Virus record (IMG/VR): IMGVR_UViG_3300033073_000980
Span: 1 to 64,000 of that record
Reading direction: 5' to 3' (one strand)
DNA length: 64,000 nucleotides
From: a virus
Lineage: Duplodnaviria; Caudoviricetes
Every line of letters starts with the position of its first letter. Position 1 is the first letter of the stretch. The translations under genes and the position numbers were made by a program. Positions 52,866 through 61,920 of the stretch are shown here, in pieces. Below the pieces are notes generated by a model. It ran no database searches. It was not told the DNA's origin and saw only the letters and a program-made list of their open reading frames with translations.

Positions 52866-53849
52866 TCAGTAAGTCACCTGTCCGGCATAGCCTGGAGCAA
52901 TAATATACAAACTTAATGTACCTCCTGAAGTTAAAGTTGAGGTTGTATATGTAGATACTCCCGGGTAAGTAGCTCTTGTGTTTATTTTTGCTGCTTTGAT
53001 AGCATTATATTCAGCAGTAGTGAAAATACGAACATCAGGAGCTGTTCTCCATCTAGAAAATAAGCCAGCCTTCCTCGCTGCCACGTAATATTTATCTGCT
53101 ATTGAAATCGCCCCGTCATCATTAACATCAAACATATGATAAGACAATCCATTCCTAACTGTCTTCCCTAATATTAAATTAGATACTCCTTGAATGTCTG
53201 TGTTGTTATAAGCTTGAACTCTGGTTGGGGCTGATATTTCAATATAATATTCTTTTGAAGGATCATAACTTTCCGAAATAGAGTAGTACCCTGATGAATT
53301 AGTGTAGATAGTTTTGTATAAAGTCCATGAAGAAGTTGTAACTAGGTATTCAAATTCCAATACATAAGCAAGGCTAGAAGTTCCATTTAAGTCATTCCAT
53401 CTTCCTCCAGATACAAATTGAACATAATCTTCATTACCTGAGTTATTTGGTTCTCCTGAGTTCCAGTTAGTGTAGGAATAAGTTTCTCCTGTGACCCATC
53501 TCCAAGTTCCCTCTGTTACTTCATCTGTAAGTCCGATCCACCCTGAGGGCCATAATCCGAATATGAACGATTGCTCTCCTGAGCTTGTAATTGTTACTAA
53601 ATGCCCGCCCATATTTGCACAATTAGACTTCGCTATTTGCCAGTTTGCCGTTCCTGTAGATCTATAATAAGAATGCCCGTTGTAGTTCTGCTGGTTAGTG
53701 AATCCAGTGATAGTTGAGTTTGTTCTTCTATAAAGTTTAACAGCAACGTTATTTGCTCCTGATCCGTTTGCATTATACAAATACCCTGAATAAGTAAATT
53801 GTCCTAGCAGAGAATTTGTTAATAGTAAAAATACAACAAGTAATCTCAT
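52866..53849 (-). CDS. secreted C-type lectin / prealbumin-like / dockerin-like protein
   Basis: Signal peptide; CTLD motifs W..A...C...GGHLVTI, WIGL, WNSGEPNN, WNDL; DVNDDGAISIAD. Confidence 0.85.
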   Translation of the reverse strand: MRLLVVFLLLTNSLLGQFTYSGYLYNANGSGANNVAVKLYRRTNSTITGFTNQQNYNGHSYYRSTGTANWQIAKSNCANMGGHLVTITSSGEQSFIFGLWPSGWIGLTDEVTEGTWRWVTGETYSYTNWNSGEPNNSGNEDYVQFVSGGRWNDLNGTSSLAYVLEFEYLVTTSSWTLYKTIYTNSSGYYSISESYDPSKEYYIEISAPTRVQAYNNTDIQGVSNLILGKTVRNGLSYHMFDVNDDGAISIADKYYVAARKAGLFSRWRTAPDVRIFTTAEYNAIKAAKINTRATYPGVSTYTTSTLTSGGTLSLYIIAPGYAGQVTY

Positions 53850-55174
53850 AATAGTAATTTAGCTCCCATTAATATTTGGTAGTTAAGTACACTCTGACTA
53901 GCAACATAAGTTCCACCTCCGGTTAATCCAACTCCAAACGTCTTAGTTAGTTTATAATTAAAGTTAAAGAAGGGAATGATGATTGGCTTTGCTTCAAAGA
54001 GAGACTCTGTGTAATACTTGGTATACGGTGAATATACACAGGCTGCTATTATAGTAGCATCCAAAGCTCTTGCTAACTTACCTTTGTACATAAACCCTCC
54101 AATAGCTAAAGTTGAAATCATTTCTTCTCCGTAAAGGTTTCCATAGGTTCCAGCTGCTCCGTAGAGTGCTGTAAAGTTTTTAACTGAGTTTACTCTGACT
54201 GCTAATGCTGTATTAGACCAAGATTTAGGTAAGATACCAAAAGCATCTGAAACTACATTGATGTGTTTGTTTCCTTTTTTGTTAACTCCAATCCAGGATC
54301 TCATTACTGAAAGGTTTCCAATCCGGGCATTAACCATGTAATCGGCTGAGAATCCTAATGAGGCTGTTCCGTCTCCTTTTACTCTAGTGAAGGACATAGT
54401 TCCTCTTGCATCCCTAGATCCATCATCTGCTTTTTGAACTCCAACAATATCTCCTGTAACTAAGATTGCAGGCTTGGCAACTTCTGCTTTTGCTTTAGAG
54501 GTTGACTTAGCTGTTGAGTTAGAAGACTCTTTCTGAGTTTCGGTCTTCTGTTCTTCTACTTGCTGTTCGGTTGGCTTGTCTTCTGTTTTCGGTTCTTCTG
54601 TTTGTCCTTGTCCAGACCCGGAACCGCCGCCATTGCCACTGCTACCAGAAGAGGACCCACTGCTACCACTAGAACTAGTATTGCCTGAAGTATTGCTTGC
54701 ATCGGAGTTCTGGTTCGTATTCGACTGAGGATTTCCATCTTCTTGTTTGTTATTTGAAGTACTTACCGATCCGGTACCTGTTGAAGTTGCACCTCCTACA
54801 TTTGTTCCTACTGATGTAAATGACCCAACGTTGGCAATAGAATTTAAGTTCATTACACTATTAACAACGTTTGAAGCCAAGTTACTCGATGTGGTCGTTG
54901 TAGTTGTTGCTACTGCCCCTTGACATGGAGAGGTTGACTTGTATTTATTATAAGTATCAAGCATCCATAAATCAAAGGTTCCATCTTGTAGTTCAACATA
55001 GCTAAACGTTCTAATCTGATTATAATAAACAACCACAATCGGGCTATTCATATCAGCGGTTATAAACTTGCTTTCTTTCGTACAAGGATCAATATACGAA
55101 TAAAGAAAGGACTGCCCGTTTAGAGACAGTCCTATCATAAATAAAAATAATAATATTTTAGTTTTTAAAGACAC
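53846..55174 (-). CDS. secreted protein with S/T/G/N-rich linker and putative C-terminal beta-barrel
   Basis: Signal peptide ending in G-Q; low-complexity middle; amphipathic beta-strands ending YQILMGAKLLL. Confidence 0.6.
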   Translation of the reverse strand: MSLKTKILLFLFMIGLSLNGQSFLYSYIDPCTKESKFITADMNSPIVVVYYNQIRTFSYVELQDGTFDLWMLDTYNKYKSTSPCQGAVATTTTTTSSNLASNVVNSVMNLNSIANVGSFTSVGTNVGGATSTGTGSVSTSNNKQEDGNPQSNTNQNSDASNTSGNTSSSGSSGSSSGSSGNGGGSGSGQGQTEEPKTEDKPTEQQVEEQKTETQKESSNSTAKSTSKAKAEVAKPAILVTGDIVGVQKADDGSRDARGTMSFTRVKGDGTASLGFSADYMVNARIGNLSVMRSWIGVNKKGNKHINVVSDAFGILPKSWSNTALAVRVNSVKNFTALYGAAGTYGNLYGEEMISTLAIGGFMYKGKLARALDATIIAACVYSPYTKYYTESLFEAKPIIIPFFNFNYKLTKTFGVGLTGGGTYVASQSVLNYQILMGAKLLL

Positions 55175-55853
55175 CGTTCCTGATTAAGCTTTCAATTACT
55201 TTAGTTGTAGCAGTCTCTAAAGACTTTCTAGTTGCTTTACCAACAGTGCTTTGTGAAAACTTCATATCAAGACTCTTCAGGAATGATTCTCCTACTTTAG
55301 TTGCTTCTCCCTCTCCTGAGCCGATGTATACTTGTCCGGTCATTGCATCCACGAACCGAACTTGGAGGCGTAAGAAAGTAGTAACGACAACTTTGCTCTT
55401 ACCTTTCTCAACAGTCTCGTCTTCATCAACAGCAAAATCGGCCACAGTAACATAAACAAAGTAACGAGCAGCTTTAATTTTACCCTTTCCATCAATGGGC
55501 TCTTCGAAGACTCCTTTCTTTGAGGCTTTGAATTGGGTAACCATCCGTTCTTTGATTTCGGACTTTTCTTCGGTGAATATAAATCTTCCTGTTTCATCTA
55601 AATAATCTAATACTGATTCTGCAAAACCTAAACCAACATTCTTTTCTTGAAGGTCTGGGTATAGAGCTAGAACCTTGGTCATATCAACGTTAATTACCTG
55701 AACAGCATATTTTAAACTGTCTGTGTAATTAGATACTGTTGAGATGTCTTTGGTCTCAATAACATCCTGCTCGGTGGTAGTCTTCATAGAACCACATCCG
55801 GCTAATGTCATAACCACCAAGGTCATAAACTTATTGAACCATTTTTTTACCAT
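55158..55853 (-). CDS. CsgG/HfaB-family lipoprotein
   Basis: Lipobox LAGC; GRFIFTEE, A.YFVYVTVADF, LRLQVRFVDAMTGQVY..SGEG pattern of CsgG-like proteins. Confidence 0.72.
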   Translation of the reverse strand: MVKKWFNKFMTLVVMTLAGCGSMKTTTEQDVIETKDISTVSNYTDSLKYAVQVINVDMTKVLALYPDLQEKNVGLGFAESVLDYLDETGRFIFTEEKSEIKERMVTQFKASKKGVFEEPIDGKGKIKAARYFVYVTVADFAVDEDETVEKGKSKVVVTTFLRLQVRFVDAMTGQVYIGSGEGEATKVGESFLKSLDMKFSQSTVGKATRKSLETATTKVIESLIRNGVFKN

Positions 55854-56173
55854 GGATCTTCTTCTTTAGCGGGTTCAGCTTTAGCAGGAGCAGCTGCTGG
55901 CTTTTCAACTACACGCTCTTTAATGATTGTGTTTGTTCCACCACCTTGCTTAACTTGCTGTTTGTTCTCTTGATTCTGTTGAACGTTAATTACAACAGGA
56001 GCAGCAGAACTAGCAGGAGCTGCTTGTTCAGTTTTAACTTCTTCTTTAGGCTCGTCACCACCGCCTAAGTGGGTTACAAACCAAGCACCGCCGGCTGTAA
56101 CTGCTGTAGTGATAGCACCAATGATTGCTTTCTTGGTAGCTGACATTACGCTTTCTTCTTTTTCTTCTGACAT
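55847..56173 (-). CDS. single-pass membrane protein with A/P/Q-rich tail
   Basis: TM AIIGAITTAVTAGGAWFV. Confidence 0.7.
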   Translation of the reverse strand: MSEEKEESVMSATKKAIIGAITTAVTAGGAWFVTHLGGGDEPKEEVKTEQAAPASSAAPVVINVQQNQENKQQVKQGGGTNTIIKERVVEKPAAAPAKAEPAKEEDPW

Positions 56174-56174
56174 A

Positions 56175-58067
56175 TTATTTATTTATAATTATTTTTGAAG
56201 TTGAGATTTTAGTATCTGTTTTTACAGACATTAAATAAAAGCCGTTATCTAAAGGAGTTAAATTTACTAAGTATTTGTATTCTCCAGCAGGCATTTTGGT
56301 ATTGATAACCTCCATTACCTCTCTTCCAATCAAATCACTAACAGATACTTCAGTTTGAGATTCTTGCTCAACTTTAAATTGAACCATTACCTCACCTTGG
56401 GTTGGGTTAGGAAAGATAATAACTTCTCCTAAGTCGGTCAACTTAACAGGCTTATTAATTCTTCTTACTTCAATTACTCCCATGGCTGGAGTGATGTTCA
56501 TATCTCTTGCATCATCACCTCCAACAAATTTAGGACCGGTCCAGATTGCAGCACTACCCCATTCTGATTGAGGCTTCTTAGCAATGAATTGCATAGTTAA
56601 GATCTGCTCACCATCGTTGATTAATTGATTACCTTTTAAGTCAGCAGCACCAAAAGCAACTACTCCGTTATCAGGGCTAGTGTATGAAGTCCAATTCATC
56701 ATCTTTTCAGTCAAGTCAATTTTCTTGAACTCAAGTAATGCTGTGTCGTACTTTAACTCTAATTGAACTGCACCTAACTGTTTTCCGTTAGTAAGCATCT
56801 TAACAGGAACGTTAACTAAGTTACCTTCATCAACTTTAACCTTAGGCATATTAACTTCAATAGTCTCAGTTACATCATCATACTGAACTGTGTTATCAAT
56901 AATGTAATTCTTAGCATTGGTTGGGTTGATAATCTTAATAGGAGTCAAACGAGCCATCTTAAAGCCAGTTGCGTTTGCATCTCCTTTAACTGCTACATAG
57001 TAAGTAATTGAATCCTTACCATCAATTGAGTAAGTCAAGTTATTAACAGTAGAGTAAGTAGAAGTTAAGTTAGTAGCTGCTCCATTGATTGCATTAAATT
57101 CGGCAACAGTGAAGAACATTACATCCTTTTTAGAATTAGGCCAAGCATTAAATCTACCTGCCAATCTTCCATATACTGAATAAACATCTACAATGCTGAT
57201 TGTTCCATCAGTTCCGTTAACGTCCATTGTGTAGTAATCAAATCCTGAAGGAGTGTATTGAGCTAAGACTGCTTGGTTGATCTTCTGTGCATCAGCAGTT
57301 GAGAATACTGAACCAGGAGTCATTGTATCTCCTTTGATTGCCATTCTAACATCCCAGTAGGTAGTATCTAAGAATTTTCTGAATACAACATGACCTAGTG
57401 AGTTAGTTGCTTTAGCTTCTACTTGAGTCCAGGTTGAAGAACCTTTTGCTCTTTTCTCTAAAGATACCCACAAGTTCTTAGCATCTGAACCTGTAACGTT
57501 CTTAAACTTAGCAGCAAATCTTAACACCTTCTGATTGAAACGACCACCGTAAGAATAAACTACCAAAGTAGTATCATTACCCCAGTTAGTAGCAGCTTTG
57601 TTTGCAAATGATTTAACTCCGGCTACTTTTAAAGTCTTAATAGAATCTAAGTTGTTCCAGATAGCTTCTCCGGCATGAGTGAAAGTTAAATCAAAGGTTG
57701 CTCCATCAGAATAATTGAAAGTTGAGTTAGTACCTGTGTAAACAACAGTAACTGTTAAGAACCCTTGAGCATTACTATCTACATACTGTAAGTACTGGTC
57801 TGTAGTAGAAATCTTCAATGTAGGAACAACTCCGGTGAATGCAGTGTTATCGTAGTAAATACGGTACTGCATACCTGTAATCTTCTCAGAAGTAGATGTG
57901 TTGTAAAAATAAAGAGGGGCAACAGTTTGTCCGACAGTAGTTGTAGCTACTTGATAACCAGAATCAATTACTACCCAGTGCCCTGTTCCAGGTGAGGTTG
58001 ATGCTGATTGTGCCGATACTCCGAAAACGGCTAAGGCCGTTAGAAGAAATGCGATGAGTTTTTTCAT
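56175..58067 (-). CDS. T9SS-type secreted cohesin / dockerin-like scaffold protein
   Basis: Signal peptide; two cohesin-like domains (ITGMQYRIYYD; LGAVQLELKYDTALLEF); DVNGTDGTISIVD; C-terminal T9SS type A tail IFPNP...DLIGR...L.NGFYL...TSKIII. Confidence 0.85.
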   Translation of the reverse strand: MKKLIAFLLTALAVFGVSAQSASTSPGTGHWVVIDSGYQVATTTVGQTVAPLYFYNTSTSEKITGMQYRIYYDNTAFTGVVPTLKISTTDQYLQYVDSNAQGFLTVTVVYTGTNSTFNYSDGATFDLTFTHAGEAIWNNLDSIKTLKVAGVKSFANKAATNWGNDTTLVVYSYGGRFNQKVLRFAAKFKNVTGSDAKNLWVSLEKRAKGSSTWTQVEAKATNSLGHVVFRKFLDTTYWDVRMAIKGDTMTPGSVFSTADAQKINQAVLAQYTPSGFDYYTMDVNGTDGTISIVDVYSVYGRLAGRFNAWPNSKKDVMFFTVAEFNAINGAATNLTSTYSTVNNLTYSIDGKDSITYYVAVKGDANATGFKMARLTPIKIINPTNAKNYIIDNTVQYDDVTETIEVNMPKVKVDEGNLVNVPVKMLTNGKQLGAVQLELKYDTALLEFKKIDLTEKMMNWTSYTSPDNGVVAFGAADLKGNQLINDGEQILTMQFIAKKPQSEWGSAAIWTGPKFVGGDDARDMNITPAMGVIEVRRINKPVKLTDLGEVIIFPNPTQGEVMVQFKVEQESQTEVSVSDLIGREVMEVINTKMPAGEYKYLVNLTPLDNGFYLMSVKTDTKISTSKIIINK

Positions 58068-58525
58068 TTTTGTATGTTAGTTAATTGAGTTATTGCATGC
58101 TGTTTTAACCAAGGTTCAGGATTGTCTAACTTGTCAATAAAGTCAAGCTCGTACCTGTAACACCATGCTTCCTCTTGCTCAGGAATTATGATGTACCCTT
58201 TCTGTAAAACATGCAAATGCAAACTCTCATGAACTAACACCACTGCAAGGTTGTTAATTGAATTTAACTGCACATCTTTTATGGCAACCAGTATCGTTCC
58301 TTTGTTTCCATAACTTCCTTCATTAGAAGAAAAACCGGAAGACCAGAACTCTACCCTCTCACAAACACTATCTAACAACTGATACTTTTCAATATCTGTT
58401 TTTTTAATTAACTGTAATGCTGAATCTATTTTTTGATCCCATCCGTCACCGGCTTTGTCTACTTTTATTTGAGCGTAAGCTAAGTTGGCTATAAGTAACA
58501 AACTAGTTAGAAATAGACCTTTCAT
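58064..58525 (-). CDS. secreted zincin-like metallopeptidase
   Basis: Signal peptide; LVHESLH (HExxH) with downstream EE.WCY..E. Confidence 0.7.
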   Translation of the reverse strand: MKGLFLTSLLLIANLAYAQIKVDKAGDGWDQKIDSALQLIKKTDIEKYQLLDSVCERVEFWSSGFSSNEGSYGNKGTILVAIKDVQLNSINNLAVVLVHESLHLHVLQKGYIIIPEQEEAWCYRYELDFIDKLDNPEPWLKQHAITQLTNIQK

Positions 58526-58542
58526 GATTCTGTTATAAATAG

Positions 58543-58569
58543 AAAAAGGCCTGCGTTAACAGGCCCTTT
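58543..58569 (-). terminator. intrinsic terminator after nrdJ
   Basis: GGGCCTG-TTAACG-CAGGCC followed by TTTTT on the minus strand. Confidence 0.8.
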
Positions 58570-58590
58570 CTCAAACTTTTTCGATTAAGT

Positions 58591-60447
58591 TTATTTGATC
58601 TCACAAGCACCGCCGGCACAAGCAGCTTCTCCTGCTAGATCGGTCATATCTTCCATCTCAACTACCTTAGTCAAATCAAGGTCTGCCAATACAGAAAGTA
58701 ACTTTTCGTAAGTCTCTTTATCGCAATCCTCAAAAGGTAACTGCGGGTAATTAGGATCACTGTAAGGAAGTACTGAAAGTCCATTGTAAGATTTTCTATT
58801 CTCCCACATCCATTCTCCAACTGCTTCCCATTCGTTATCTTTAATAGAGATTGTGGCAGAGACGTTGTGAGTATTGTTTCCTTTGCGGTGACCGGGCTTA
58901 ATCCACTCCTTAGTTACTCGTTTTACTCTTTCTAGAAGATCAAAAGGTGATTCTGTTCTTAGAATTGCTCCTTCTGGTGCTTTTTGAGGCACGGTAATGA
59001 TTGCAGTATCGTGAGGACGGTTCTCGCAATCCTCGATTAACTCTGGGTGATTGATTGAAAGGTAAGTGTAAATTGCTTCATTCTTACCTACTCTCATTCT
59101 TCTTAGATAGTAGTCGTTATGCCATGCATGAATTCCACTAGAAGTTCCAAGTGTTAGAGAGGTTGTACCTGCAGGCTTAACTGTAGTACATCTGGCGGCA
59201 CAATTGATTCCTAAGATACCGGCAACCCTTTCATTCTCTGCTTTTACTATCTCGGCAGCCTCTGTCATATCGTAATTCAAAACAACGCCTGAACCAATAC
59301 CGGTCATTGATACTCCAATCAAAGCTTCTTTCTCAGTTGTTCTTTTCCAAACCTCTCTCAAGTAATGGAAGTCAGAATAACCTGCTTGCAAAGTTCCGAT
59401 CAAGGTTGCTGCTTTAACTCTACTGTTAAAATCTTCCTGAGACTCGATATCAGAAACATTTACTTCGCATAAGTTACAGAATTGGAAAGGACGTAAAGCA
59501 ATCTCACAGCATGGGTTAGTTCCCCACTCTAAGTTATTGGTGAAGTAGATTCCTGGTTCACCTGCTCCTGAATGTTCGATTCTTTTCCAGATATCCAAGA
59601 ACTGTTCTTTCTCGGTTGTGCCTCTAAGCAAAACTGCTGAGTTGTTAGCTCTTCCACGTTGAGGGTTCAATTCATACCAAGCACCAGACTTGGCAGCGAT
59701 CATCTCATCGTCATCGGCTGAGAATAAAGAAATCAAAGCAGCTCTTCTAATACCGCCGGCCAATACTGCATCAGCAATATGACAAACCATATCGTGAACT
59801 TCGATAGTAGTTAATCTTTGACCGTCTTGTTTTGCCTCAAGCATACCTTCTAACTTTGCCAAACACTCTCTCAAAGGAGCAGGTCCGGGTGCTTTACCGC
59901 CGGCAGTAACCAACCTAGCACCTTTAGGTCTGATATCTGAAAAATCAAACTCAATAGTAGAAGTTCCTCTGAAATAGGATTTCATTAGAACCTTAACTGC
60001 ATCAGCCCATCCTTCAATAGAATCTCCAACTAAGAATCTTTTCTTTCTGTTTGGATTTGGTTTTCTGATTTCAGGTAGTTTTTCTACATGCTCGTATTGA
60101 ACTGAGTAACCAACTCCGGTTCCGCCTAGTAACAAGAACATTACTTCACCAAATGCTCTCCAATCATCGATTGGTAAGAAAGCACAGTTGTAAATACGGG
60201 CAGGATTCACTTCGATAGGACGGCCGGCAAACTGCATCGACCTCATCGAAGGTAAAACCTTCTTGTCGTAAACGTACTTATAAGCTGCCTCAATTTCTTC
60301 TGCCATCGCAGGGTACTTCTTTTGATGCATCTCCTTGTTTCTTGAAACCAACTCTTCCCATGTTTCTCTTCGGTTCAAATGCGGTTGGTATTTCGCATAT
60401 TTTAAAAAGACCGTAACGTCGCTTAAAATTTTCTGACTAATATTCAT
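58591..60447 (-). CDS. nrdJ: class II (B12-dependent, monomeric RTPR-type) ribonucleotide reductase
   Basis: PSMRS, YNCAF, GGIRRAA, TNPCCEI, TVKPAGT, C-terminal CAGGACE. Confidence 0.93.
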   Translation of the reverse strand: MNISQKILSDVTVFLKYAKYQPHLNRRETWEELVSRNKEMHQKKYPAMAEEIEAAYKYVYDKKVLPSMRSMQFAGRPIEVNPARIYNCAFLPIDDWRAFGEVMFLLLGGTGVGYSVQYEHVEKLPEIRKPNPNRKKRFLVGDSIEGWADAVKVLMKSYFRGTSTIEFDFSDIRPKGARLVTAGGKAPGPAPLRECLAKLEGMLEAKQDGQRLTTIEVHDMVCHIADAVLAGGIRRAALISLFSADDDEMIAAKSGAWYELNPQRGRANNSAVLLRGTTEKEQFLDIWKRIEHSGAGEPGIYFTNNLEWGTNPCCEIALRPFQFCNLCEVNVSDIESQEDFNSRVKAATLIGTLQAGYSDFHYLREVWKRTTEKEALIGVSMTGIGSGVVLNYDMTEAAEIVKAENERVAGILGINCAARCTTVKPAGTTSLTLGTSSGIHAWHNDYYLRRMRVGKNEAIYTYLSINHPELIEDCENRPHDTAIITVPQKAPEGAILRTESPFDLLERVKRVTKEWIKPGHRKGNNTHNVSATISIKDNEWEAVGEWMWENRKSYNGLSVLPYSDPNYPQLPFEDCDKETYEKLLSVLADLDLTKVVEMEDMTDLAGEAACAGGACEIK

Positions 60448-60509
60448 TGCTTTGTGTTTTGTAATGTATTTGATAAGTATCCAGTTTTTTTAAAAAATTC
60501 CCTGTTTTT

Positions 60510-61880
60510 TTAAGAAAAAGTTGAAAGTTGCATGAATTTTTTAGCTAATTCTCTTTTATCGAAGCTATCTACCTGAGAAAAGGTTGCGGGTGTGTTAGAA
60601 GTTCCATCTTCGTAGGTTGGCATATCTTCGGTAAGTTCGATATGACCATTGTTCGTATCGATCTTTGCTCCGTAAGTCATACCATCCATCCCGTAACGAT
60701 TCTTCATAACGTGTACTCGACCGGTACCATGAACCTTATCTTCTTTCTTTCTGGAAAGCGATAGGCAGAAATCGGCAACCATAATCTTATCATACGAACC
60801 TGCTGCCTTATCTCCTTCGATAATATCGTCTTTTGCACCCATTCGGTTAACCTGAGAAGGAGAAAGAACAGTTACTTTAAATTCTTTAGCAAGGCCCTTA
60901 CATGCAACATACATATCATCAATCTCATCTTTCCTTTCAGTAAACTTTTTGGAAGGTGGTCGGAGATAATCGATATAGTCAATCACAACCATATCGGGTT
61001 TAATATCTGCATCAATACATTTTTGAATATGGGCTTTCAAGGTTGCCACAGTGGCTGCCTTAGGAGGATATTCTTTTACTACTAGCTTACCAGCCAGGCC
61101 TTCAACTACCCTCTCAACCTCATCTCTGTGATGCTGGACTTGTTCGATAGAATGTCCGGTAAAGAAACAGTCAAAGCGTTTACCAACATAATCCTGACCT
61201 AATTCCAAAGTATAGTAAATTACGTTGTATCCCATTCTTACTGCATGAGCTGCCATAGCAACCATCATCCAAGATTTACCTCCACCCGGATTACCAAATA
61301 CAATACCTAAATCACCAGGACCAAATCCTCCTTGGGTTAATTGATTCAACATAGGCCAGGGAGTAGGAATAGTGGGGCGATAATCCTCCCGGTAACGGGT
61401 CTCAATATCTTTATTATATTCGTGCCCAATATTCCTATCCTGTCCAGCCTTTAACGCGTTATCAATCAAGTGACGAATTGAATCGTAGTCACCTGAGTTT
61501 AGAAGGTCAACTGAGTTTAGTAGTGCTGTTTTTAATTGCTGGTTCTTACAGAAGGCAGTAAATTCTTCTTCAACGTATTGGAGTTCGTCATCTGAATGTC
61601 GGTAAGCTTCTTTGATCTGCTCAACAATAGAGGTCTTAAGTACATCGTTATCAATCTTCTTAACTTCTACTTTGAGGGTATCCATTGAGATGACTGTGTG
61701 GTATTTATTCCAGTATCTTAGAATCTCATTAATAATCCATTTGTGAGCAGGGTTTGGAAAATGCTCATCAGATAAAATATCGTAAATGTTCTGAACGAAT
61801 TCTTTTCTGGTCAATAATGCTCCGATAGTCTTAACCTGGAAAGGAGCTCCGTAATCTACTAATGTCTTTAACGCTGCCAT
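60510..61880 (-). CDS. DnaB/T4 gp41-like replicative helicase
   Basis: GNPGGGKS Walker A, YYTLEL, VVIDYID, SPSQVNR, MKNRYG. Confidence 0.92.
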   Translation of the reverse strand: MAALKTLVDYGAPFQVKTIGALLTRKEFVQNIYDILSDEHFPNPAHKWIINEILRYWNKYHTVISMDTLKVEVKKIDNDVLKTSIVEQIKEAYRHSDDELQYVEEEFTAFCKNQQLKTALLNSVDLLNSGDYDSIRHLIDNALKAGQDRNIGHEYNKDIETRYREDYRPTIPTPWPMLNQLTQGGFGPGDLGIVFGNPGGGKSWMMVAMAAHAVRMGYNVIYYTLELGQDYVGKRFDCFFTGHSIEQVQHHRDEVERVVEGLAGKLVVKEYPPKAATVATLKAHIQKCIDADIKPDMVVIDYIDYLRPPSKKFTERKDEIDDMYVACKGLAKEFKVTVLSPSQVNRMGAKDDIIEGDKAAGSYDKIMVADFCLSLSRKKEDKVHGTGRVHVMKNRYGMDGMTYGAKIDTNNGHIELTEDMPTYEDGTSNTPATFSQVDSFDKRELAKKFMQLSTFS

Positions 61881-61920
61881 ATAACTTCTTTGTATAACTT
61901 ATTTTATGTAATATATGAAT

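Noticed and set aside
34709-61880. Inteins or group I introns in polA, thyA, nrdJ or the helicase
   Set aside because: ORFs are continuous and of normal length, with no intein C1/HN motifs or embedded homing endonucleases. The ThyA insertions are short.
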